Shown here one piece after another: positions 1 to 6,330 of a stretch of DNA of 11,065 nt. The stretch covers positions 1 through 11,065 of the forward strand of contig JBFEXS010000073.1 of NCBI GenBank assembly GCA_041562555.1. The letters run 5' to 3'. Origin of the DNA: Sulfurimonadaceae bacterium (GTDB lineage Bacteria; Campylobacterota; Campylobacteria; Campylobacterales; Sulfurimonadaceae). Every line of letters begins with the position of its first letter. Position 1 is the first letter of the stretch. Made by a program: the position numbers and the translations under genes. The notes beneath the pieces are model-generated. The model did not search any database. It was given only the letters and a program-made list of their open reading frames with translations, and had not been told where the DNA came from.

Positions 1-153
1 GATGTTGTTACCCGGGTGGATCTTCGTACCACGTTGACGGATAATGATATTACCCGCACGTACAGTCTCACCGCCATATTTTTTAACGCCTAAACGACGT
101 CCAGCAGAATCTCTATTATTCTGTGTACTACCCTGACCTTTCTTATGTGCCAT
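1..153 (-). CDS. rpmA: 50S ribosomal protein L27 (5' part; runs off the left edge)
   Basis: Not in the ORF track. Manual translation from ATG at 153 gives [51 protein letters not shown], the classic L27 N-terminus. SD AAAGGA at 161-166. Directly downstream of rplU. Confidence 0.98.
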   Translation of the reverse strand, partial: MAHKKGQGSTQNNRDSAGRRLGVKKYGGETVRAGNIIIRQRGTKIHPGNNI

Positions 154-186
154 CTTAGTGTCCTTTTAGTTTAGTTAAAACTGCTA

Positions 187-495
187 TTAAGCAGCGATTT
201 TCGTGATACGTACACGAGTAAAGTCACGACGGAAACCGCGCTTAACTTTAGAGTCTTTACGACGACGTTTTTTGAAAGAGATAACTTTTTTCTCACGACC
301 TTCGTTGATCACCTCAGCAGTAACAACCGCACCGTCAACATATGGAGCACCATATTTAAGCTCACCAGCGTTAACTGCAAGTACTTCTTTGATTTCGATA
401 GCGGCTTTTGGCTCTAAAGACATTTTGTCTAGAAGAAGGATGTCACCCTCTTGAACCTTGTACTGTTTACCACCATTTTTGATAATTGCGTACAT
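187..495 (-). CDS. rplU: 50S ribosomal protein L21
   Basis: [14 protein letters not shown]...[18 protein letters not shown] is the L21 signature. SD AAGGAA at 501-506, tandem TAA TAG stops, canonical rplU-rpmA order. Confidence 0.98.
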   Translation of the reverse strand: MYAIIKNGGKQYKVQEGDILLLDKMSLEPKAAIEIKEVLAVNAGELKYGAPYVDGAVVTAEVINEGREKKVISFKKRRRKDSKVKRGFRRDFTRVRITKIAA

Positions 496-765
496 TTATT
501 TTCCTTATTATTGTTAGAGTTCTCCAAAAACACTCAGTGTTAGGCGTAGACCTAATCATCACAAGCCAAATATGGCCCTTGAATAAAGTCACTTGGTGAC
601 TTCTTTTCAGAAAACTCGAAAGTACAACCCGAAGGAAATAGATCAAGATTGGTGATAATCAGGCCTGCGCCAGTAAAGAGAAGGAGTTTCACCCTCTCCG
701 ACACCAAGAATTACAAAAACTCTTTTAGTCTTTGACAGGACACTCGTGATGCCCTGCGATAAAGT
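496..765 (-). ncRNA. Putative ~270-nt structured 5' leader RNA / ncRNA upstream of rplU-rpmA
   Basis: Nested helices read by eye on the minus strand: 5' hairpin 735-757; 715-723/516-524 (9 bp); 701-708/533-540 (8 bp); hairpin 677-699; 652-671/543-562 (19 of 20 paired). Inner hairpins carry UUCG and GAAA loops. Many G-U pairs form only on the minus strand. Confidence 0.75.
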
Positions 766-777
766 GGGCGAATTATA
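765..777 (-). promoter_or_regulatory. sigma70 -10 box (TATAAT) with GC-rich discriminator for the rplU-rpmA leader; TSS about 765
   Basis: Minus strand reads CAG-TATAAT(777-772)-TCGCCC-A. A perfect -10 followed by a GC-rich discriminator is typical of r-protein/stable-RNA promoters. Confidence 0.75.
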
Positions 778-795
778 CTGGTATTTGCTTTAAGA

Positions 796-1239
796 TTACT
801 TTAACCCTCTGTCTTTTCTGACACATCTCAAGTGATTCGTATCACGCTTATAGTAGTAGTCTGTACTCCCGTTTCGAAAAAGGATCATCCATCCATATTC
901 CGTACCGTTTTGTGAAGATGACCAGTAATACTCCGAGGCAGTGTATTTAAAGACACTGATGACAGTCTTGGGATAGTTATCCACATTCACAATCGTTTTG
1001 AGTTCTGATAATGTAGGCAGATACCAATCATCATGCCCTGCAAAATCAAGGTCTTCACAATATGCGATTGCCTTATCAAAGCTAAGGTCCTGATCACTGG
1101 AGAATTCATCATCCTGCCACATCAGACCCCTTGTCTTATCGATAACGACATCTTTAACATCATCCCTGTAAAACTCATCCGCCTGCACCGAAGAGATCGG
1201 GAGGAAAACAAGAACTGCCCATACCAAAAGAGATTTCAT
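796..1239 (-). CDS. Secreted DUF1566 (Lcl C-terminal-like) domain protein
   Basis: Signal peptide ending VQA. Motifs VIDKTRGLMWQ, AIAYCEDL, DWYLPTLSEL, YWSSS and LRCVR are characteristic of DUF1566. ATG overlaps the upstream TGA (ATGA). Confidence 0.85.
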   Translation of the reverse strand: MKSLLVWAVLVFLPISSVQADEFYRDDVKDVVIDKTRGLMWQDDEFSSDQDLSFDKAIAYCEDLDFAGHDDWYLPTLSELKTIVNVDNYPKTVISVFKYTASEYYWSSSQNGTEYGWMILFRNGSTDYYYKRDTNHLRCVRKDRGLK

Positions 1240-2639
1240 TCAGAAAACTCCTCAATCACCTTAACATAACTGTCCATGTTTTCGAGAACTATATCAACAA
1301 GCTTGGCTTCAAAGTGCCTATCCCTTTGCTCCTGCAAAAAGGCGCACACCTCTTCGGCCGGCCATGCCTCTTTGTAAACACGTTTGCATAAAAGGGCATC
1401 CAATACATCCACAACTGCTACAATTCGGGCACATACCGGTATTTCATCACCCTTAAGTCCCTGAGGATACCCTGTCCCATCATATTTTTCATGGTGTGAA
1501 TAAGCAATCTGTGCAGCGACCTTCAAAACAGCACGTTCTGAATGCTTTAGAACTTTATAGCCTAAATCTGCATGCTGTTTCATGATCGTATACTCTTCTT
1601 CAGTCAATTTTCCCGGTTTGTTCAGAATACTGTCCGGAACGCCTATCTTACCTATATCATGAAGGGCTGATCCAAGTTCAATCAGGTGTACTTCATCCTC
1701 ATCCAGACCATATGACCTTGCGATCATACCACTGAGCATCGAGACACGACGGGTATGATGCTTGGTGTCATTTGAACGGATCTCCTCGATCTCACCCATT
1801 GCAATCATCGTCTCACGTAGTGTCTGCTCAATCTCATCGTTGAGTATTCGTAACTGCAGATTCTTTTCTTCCAAAGCAGCTTCTTTTCCCAATACATCAA
1901 AATTAAAATCATTGATGTTTTCGACAACAGCCTTTAACTCTTTACTCTCATACTTTTCGACATCTATACTCTTATGGGATGTGTAAGCCGCCTGACCTTC
2001 TTTAATCAAGTTTGAAAGGGGTTGACGGATATACCTCTCGATCACATGAAACATGTTGAAAATGATCATCAGAGCAAAAAGAGCCATAATCCCCGCCAGG
2101 ATATAGCTGTAATGTAACACCATCTTTTGATAATCACTGATATTCATGTGCATTTCGATAGCGCCCAAGAGTTCCCCATCCTGGACATTGTGGCACGCAA
2201 GGCAATTCAATTCACCCTGTGAGTCTGCTATATAGGGGATCGTTATCTCGACGCTGTTTTGCATATCTTTCCAAAGAAATCGAGGTTCTTTGTTGGATAA
2301 GACGGTATACAGCTCGGAATCCAAGGTCTTTTCATAACTTTTGGGAGGACCAAATTGTCTAGTGACTGCATCAGAACGGATGATATGGATTGCCTCGATC
2401 TCATGAATCTGCGATATCTCTGCGAGAAAATAGTCACGCTTATCCATCACACCTACTTTCATGTGTGCCGTCAAACCCGCTTTGACCACTTCTGCAATAG
2501 CATGAGATTTGTCTTCGATCGTCACCTGAAAAAAACTGCGGTAACTTAAAGCGACCATAGCAACGATGATAGTTATAGACAGAAGAAAGACATTCAGAAG
2601 ACGAGAAAGCGTGATTCTTTTAATACTCTTCTTCATCAT
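1236..2639 (-). CDS. Membrane-bound HD-GYP cyclic-dinucleotide phosphodiesterase with periplasmic c-type heme (CxxCH) sensor domain
   Basis: Two hydrophobic TM segments flank a periplasmic domain containing CLACH (2190-2204). C-terminal motifs HTRRV, LHDIGKIG, HHEKYDGTGYP and DVLDAL..KRVYK. Start moved from TTG 2651 to ATG 2639 or 2636 because GGGGGA at 2643-2648 looks like the SD. Confidence 0.9.
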   Translation of the reverse strand: MMKKSIKRITLSRLLNVFLLSITIIVAMVALSYRSFFQVTIEDKSHAIAEVVKAGLTAHMKVGVMDKRDYFLAEISQIHEIEAIHIIRSDAVTRQFGPPKSYEKTLDSELYTVLSNKEPRFLWKDMQNSVEITIPYIADSQGELNCLACHNVQDGELLGAIEMHMNISDYQKMVLHYSYILAGIMALFALMIIFNMFHVIERYIRQPLSNLIKEGQAAYTSHKSIDVEKYESKELKAVVENINDFNFDVLGKEAALEEKNLQLRILNDEIEQTLRETMIAMGEIEEIRSNDTKHHTRRVSMLSGMIARSYGLDEDEVHLIELGSALHDIGKIGVPDSILNKPGKLTEEEYTIMKQHADLGYKVLKHSERAVLKVAAQIAYSHHEKYDGTGYPQGLKGDEIPVCARIVAVVDVLDALLCKRVYKEAWPAEEVCAFLQEQRDRHFEAKLVDIVLENMDSYVKVIEEFSE

Positions 2640-2699
2640 ACTTCCCCCCAATGTAATATACTTTGTATCAGTCTAATTGTTTTTGTGTTAAATCAGCTA

Positions 2700-3101
2700 T
2701 TAAAAGGAATAGCAATCCGGACAAAGAGCGATCACTTCGATCTCTACAAGTGCATTTTTGGGAAGTGTCTTCGCTGCCACTAAAGAACGTGCCGGCTTAT
2801 GATCCCCAAAGGCTTCCGCATAGATCTCGTTCACCACAGCAAAATCGTTGATATCCGCAACAAAGGCCATCACCTTCACTACCTTGTCCAAAGAGGTTCC
2901 CGCTTCATCCAGTACGGCACGCAAGTTTGTAAACACCTGCTTGGTTTGCAGTACGATATCATCCTCTACCATCGTCCCATCCGGACGCAATGCGATCTGG
3001 CCGGAAGTATAGACCATACCATTGACTTTGACCGCCTGCGAATACGGACCGATCGCTGCAGGTGCTTCACTTGTTGCTACAAATTCAATTTTTTGACTCA
3101 T
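2700..3101 (-). CDS. ridA: RidA (YjgF/YER057c/UK114) family enamine/imine deaminase with C-terminal CPDC tail
   Basis: [29 protein letters not shown] (catalytic Arg) and [13 protein letters not shown] motifs. SD AAAGGA upstream. Confidence 0.92.
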   Translation of the reverse strand: MSQKIEFVATSEAPAAIGPYSQAVKVNGMVYTSGQIALRPDGTMVEDDIVLQTKQVFTNLRAVLDEAGTSLDKVVKVMAFVADINDFAVVNEIYAEAFGDHKPARSLVAAKTLPKNALVEIEVIALCPDCYSF

Positions 3102-3163
3102 TGTTTTATATTCCTTTGATACATAAAAAGATCTTCCTAAAGTATCTTTATTAAATTTATATA

Positions 3164-3169
3164 ATTCTA
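3164..3169 (-). promoter_or_regulatory. Probable -10 box (TAGAAT) for ridA
   Basis: attcta on the + strand, about 60 nt upstream of the ridA start, in an AT-rich intergenic region. Confidence 0.4.
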
Positions 3170-3193
3170 CTCTAAATTTATTATTTTTTGAGC

Positions 3194-3604
3194 TTAATAG
3201 CTCTTTTTCCCAAGTTTATAATCAACGTCATCCAGATAAGAGAGATAATCCTCTACATTCCAATATCCCATCACCCGCTTGATGATCGGTTGTCCTGCAC
3301 GGTTTAAGAAGTAAGTGGTCGGGACTCCCTTTGTATTTAGATAGCGAGGGTACTCATCTTCATCCCGCGTCAGATGAACACTTATATAATCACGATTCAA
3401 ACGTTTGGTGACCCTTGCATCTGTCAAGGTCTGCGACTCAAGCTTCCGACACCAGCGACAGCTCTTCGTCGTAATAAGTACCATCATGTTTTTGTCTTCG
3501 GCCTGTGCCTGCAGCAATGCTTCTTTAAAGGAGCTTGCCCATTGAACCTCATCAGCACATAGTGTTAAAAAACTGAATGATAGGATTAAAAAAAGTCTGC
3601 CCAT
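3194..3604 (-). CDS. Exported thioredoxin-fold protein (SoxW/DsbD-like thioredoxin family), CRWC active site
   Basis: Signal peptide (…TLCA-DE), W..SFKEAL..A..E.K motif, CRWC at 3449-3460, cis-Pro motif GVPTTYF, terminal GY. Confidence 0.85.
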   Translation of the reverse strand: MGRLFLILSFSFLTLCADEVQWASSFKEALLQAQAEDKNMMVLITTKSCRWCRKLESQTLTDARVTKRLNRDYISVHLTRDEDEYPRYLNTKGVPTTYFLNRAGQPIIKRVMGYWNVEDYLSYLDDVDYKLGKKSY

Positions 3605-3632
3605 AAAGTATCCCGCTAGTTATTTCCTCCGT

Positions 3633-3638
3633 ATTCTA
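3633..3638 (-). promoter_or_regulatory. Probable -10 box (TAGAAT) for the thioredoxin-family gene
   Basis: attcta on the + strand about 30 nt upstream of ATG 3604. Confidence 0.4.
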
Positions 3639-3737
3639 ACACAAGGAGTTTAGAAACAGCCAAAGGATATGCGTTAAATATAATCAATAATAAAGCGCTT
3701 CCCGGAGTAAAAAAATGAGAATCAATCTGCCGCTATA

Positions 3738-3761
3738 TGCTATACTTAGTTATTCGAGGTG
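3738..3761 (+). promoter_or_regulatory. Extended -10 promoter (TGcTATACT) and SD (GAGGTG) for the ATPase-GNAT gene
   Basis: TGCTATACT at 3738-3746 and GAGGTG at 3756-3761 precede ATG 3769. They lie inside the ORF-track N-terminal extension, which argues for the later start. Confidence 0.6.
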
Positions 3762-3768
3762 CTTTATC

Positions 3769-5205
3769 ATGCAAGACAGTATAGAGATCAAGATCAGTAA
3801 CACCGCCTACACTCCGTTCATCCTTTCTGCCTTTGATCAAATACACGCAAGACTGCACCAAACAAATCTCGCACCCATCAAGGAAGCTCTGGAGATACTC
3901 TTGGATAATGTCATCACCCACGCTTTTGAACAAGAGTACGAGATAGACCTTCGTGTCCATTTCATCATCCAGAGTTGTGAACTTCGTATTGATGTCATCG
4001 ATGCAGGTCTTCCTTTTGACTTCACACCTTATCTTTTTCAACCCTTGGACCAGCGTTACAAAAGACACACCGGACTATATCGGGTATACGAACTGGTGGA
4101 GAAGTTTGCGTATGAGGACTTGGGAAAAGAGGGAAAATGTTTGAGTATCACCCAAGAGTTCAATCTCTGCTATGACCTTAAAAACAACACCGTTGAGACA
4201 AAGATGTTTGACAAGGAAGAGGTCTTGAAAAAACTCAAGATACGCACCTTCCAGATCGGCGATGGTGACGGGATCGCGAAACTCATCTATCGGAATTACA
4301 ACTTCTCTTACTACAAAGACACCTTTTACATCCCGCACAAGGTAAGAGAAGCCAATGAGAACAACAGTGTTACCTCCATTGTCGCGTATTACAAAAAAGA
4401 ACTCATCGGACATTTCGCCCTTTTAAAATCAAAAGAGTCTAACATCTCGGAGATCGGTGTCGCCTGCGTAGATCCAAGGTTTAAACGTATGGGGATTATG
4501 AACCTCATGTTTGATGAGCTTATCCTTACGGCAAAAAAAGAAGGGCTAAAAGCGATCTATGGAGAAGCCCTTACCATGCACCCCTACTCACAAAAAGCCA
4601 ATCTCCGCCACAATATGATCGAATCCGCTATAGCTCTGGGGACGGTTCCTGCTTCCATGGAGATTGAGGAGAGTATCAAAACTGCCCAGAAAAGTGGAGC
4701 GATGATCGCATACTTGCTTTTTGATCCAAAACCCCGCAGTCTGTACCTACCTCATATCTATCAACAGGAAATCTTAAAAGTCTATACAAGAGCTGGTCTC
4801 ACGCTCCTTCCCTCCCAGAGCCATCCCGAAGATCGTCAGAATCTACGGTTTCGTATCAGCGATGTACTAAACTCTGCCACGATTATCATCGAAGATAACT
4901 TTGATATCAAAGCCTTTGAAAAGCTTTTTGAAGATCTCCGCCATGAACAACGGGATATGATCTTTGCCGATATCAATCTACATCATATCCAAGAGATTGA
5001 CAAGATCGTCTCTATGCTCAATACCCTTCATTTTTTTTATAGCGGCCTTCTTTTTGAGTACTATTACAATGAAGACTACCTGCGTCTTCAGTATATGAAC
5101 TCCCACAGTATTGATATCCAGGGTGTGATCTGCTATTCCGATGATGCCAATGCGATGATGGACTTTATTCGCCGGGATCATCTCCGGGTAATTCATCAAC
5201 AATGA
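3769..5205 (+). CDS. Fusion of RsbW/SpoIIAB-like HATPase domain and GNAT N-acetyltransferase
   Basis: N-terminus has EILLDNVITHAF (N box), IDAGLPFD (G1) and HTGLYRV (degenerate G2). Centre has EIGVACVDPRFKRMGIM (GNAT motif A) and EALTMHPYSQKAN. Start reassigned from 3715 to 3769. Confidence 0.8.
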   Translation: MQDSIEIKISNTAYTPFILSAFDQIHARLHQTNLAPIKEALEILLDNVITHAFEQEYEIDLRVHFIIQSCELRIDVIDAGLPFDFTPYLFQPLDQRYKRHTGLYRVYELVEKFAYEDLGKEGKCLSITQEFNLCYDLKNNTVETKMFDKEEVLKKLKIRTFQIGDGDGIAKLIYRNYNFSYYKDTFYIPHKVREANENNSVTSIVAYYKKELIGHFALLKSKESNISEIGVACVDPRFKRMGIMNLMFDELILTAKKEGLKAIYGEALTMHPYSQKANLRHNMIESAIALGTVPASMEIEESIKTAQKSGAMIAYLLFDPKPRSLYLPHIYQQEILKVYTRAGLTLLPSQSHPEDRQNLRFRISDVLNSATIIIEDNFDIKAFEKLFEDLRHEQRDMIFADINLHHIQEIDKIVSMLNTLHFFYSGLLFEYYYNEDYLRLQYMNSHSIDIQGVICYSDDANAMMDFIRRDHLRVIHQQ

Positions 5206-5355
5206 AAAAAAAACACTATAAGGTTCCAAATAGAAGTGACAGACATGGAGATGAACCCATAGCCTAATAGACAAAGCAGGTATGCAGCCTCTCTTAACAA
5301 TTTCTTATCAATTATAAGATAAGATAGCCTACCAATCATACGAAAAAGAGATACC

Positions 5356-6114
5356 ATGAAACGATTCACACATATGCTCATCCTGCTGATCAGCAGTGGT
5401 ACGATAGCCTCTGCCGATGGATGTTGGGATGCACTGGAGCTTGCCAAATACGGACAAAAATCCCTGGATGATGTCGCTGTCTTTTCCTTTAAAGATGCGA
5501 TCAACTGTCAACCGCTGAAAGATGTCAAGCTTAACTTTTTGGGAAAAGAGTTCATCAGTGACGGTAATGGGACGATCACCATGCCCCAACCTCCTGAAGA
5601 GATTGACGCCTTTGTTCCCATGAGTATCAGCAAAGAAGAGTACATTCCTGTAAAAAAGAACATGCATGTCAGCCTGGGGAACTACTGGCAAACCCTGTTC
5701 CTACTTACCAAAGAGATCCCTCTTGACTCTGCACGGTTTATCCTCTCGTGGGGGAAAGACCCTGCTGATCTGGACTTGCATCTTAAAAGTGATGACTTTC
5801 ACATCTCCTACCGTAAGACCCGTTCTATCCCGAACAAGGTCAAACTTGACCGCGATGCACGCAAAGGTTATGGACCAGAGACAATCACTCTGGATAAACT
5901 CAGAGCAGATAAAGAGTACACACTCCTTGTACATCGATACTCCACTACAGGCAAGATCAATAACAAGGCCAAAGTCTCTGTCTATCTGAACAATAGTTTT
6001 GATAAGACACTGTTTATGAAAGAGACCAATGCCAAATGTGTTCAAATCGCTACTATCAAAGACAAAAAGATCACCTATAAGATAGAAGAGGTCAAAGAGA
6101 GAGAATGTCAATAG
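5356..6114 (+). CDS. Secreted protein with YfaP/DUF2135-like domain
   Basis: Signal peptide ending ASA. LSWGKDPADLDLHL, LDRDARKGYGPETIT and YTLLVHRY motifs resemble DUF2135. Four Cys. Confidence 0.7.
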   Translation: MKRFTHMLILLISSGTIASADGCWDALELAKYGQKSLDDVAVFSFKDAINCQPLKDVKLNFLGKEFISDGNGTITMPQPPEEIDAFVPMSISKEEYIPVKKNMHVSLGNYWQTLFLLTKEIPLDSARFILSWGKDPADLDLHLKSDDFHISYRKTRSIPNKVKLDRDARKGYGPETITLDKLRADKEYTLLVHRYSTTGKINNKAKVSVYLNNSFDKTLFMKETNAKCVQIATIKDKKITYKIEEVKERECQ

Positions 6115-6187
6115 CCCCTCAAAGCTCTTATTCTCCCAACTCTTTTATAGGTTTTCCTTCGTAACTCCCGCTAATGAAAGACCAATA

Positions 6188-6218
6188 ATGAACTTCTTAT
6201 CATCACTCAGAAGTTCAT
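6188..6218. repeat. Perfect 10-bp inverted repeat (ATGAACTTCT-N11-AGAAGTTCAT): hairpin or operator
   Basis: Arms at 6188-6197 and 6209-6218 in the 216-nt intergenic region. No U-tract on the + strand. Confidence 0.6.
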
Positions 6219-6294
6219 CAACGCACGATACCTGTACATACTACAGATGTCACGACTACAAATAAGTATCATTTTTGTATAAGAAACTCTTTAC

Positions 6295-6300
6295 TATAAT
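6295..6300 (+). promoter_or_regulatory. -10 box (TATAAT) for the PAS histidine kinase
   Basis: Perfect TATAAT 30 nt upstream of ATG 6331. SD-like AAGGG at 6320-6324. Confidence 0.55.
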
Positions 6301-6330
6301 AATTCATTATCAATATATTAAGGGTTCTAT

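Noticed and set aside
154..186. Prp (YsxB) protease gene or L27 N-terminal extension between rplU and rpmA
   Set aside because: The spacer is only 33 nt and L27 starts directly MAHKKG, the ordinary arrangement.
552..692. 46-codon GTG-started ORF on the minus strand within the rplU leader (VKLLLFTGAG...LACDD)
   Set aside because: The start codon is buried in a hairpin, GGAG is only 3 nt from it, and the peptide has no recognisable features. RNA structure explains the region better.
735..757. 5' hairpin as intrinsic terminator for the DUF1566 gene
   Set aside because: No U-tract follows on the minus strand, and it lies downstream of the rplU promoter.
496..765. Identification of the leader as RNase P RNA, SRP RNA, tmRNA, 6S RNA or tRNA
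   Set aside because: No GAGGAAAGUCC, SRP domain IV motif, tRNA-like ends or tag ORF. The fold is branched rather than a 6S-like rod with a central bubble. A cmscan run is still needed for certainty.
3715..3768. ORF-track N-terminal extension of the ATPase-GNAT gene (similarly 2640-2651, 8966-8977 and 10750-10794 for other genes)
   Set aside because: Better SD and promoter placement supports the downstream ATGs. The 10794 start would overlap the upstream kinase.
5202..5267. 21-aa ORF MKKKHYKVPNRSDRHGDEPIA overlapping the GNAT gene stop (ATGA), containing an A9 run
   Set aside because: Too short, with no SD or recognisable motif. The A-run is outside any supported CDS, so there is no evidence for phase variation.
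6293..6312. Fur/PerR-like box overlapping the PAS kinase promoter
   Set aside because: Only about 11/19 match to the Fur consensus with non-canonical spacing in very AT-rich DNA.
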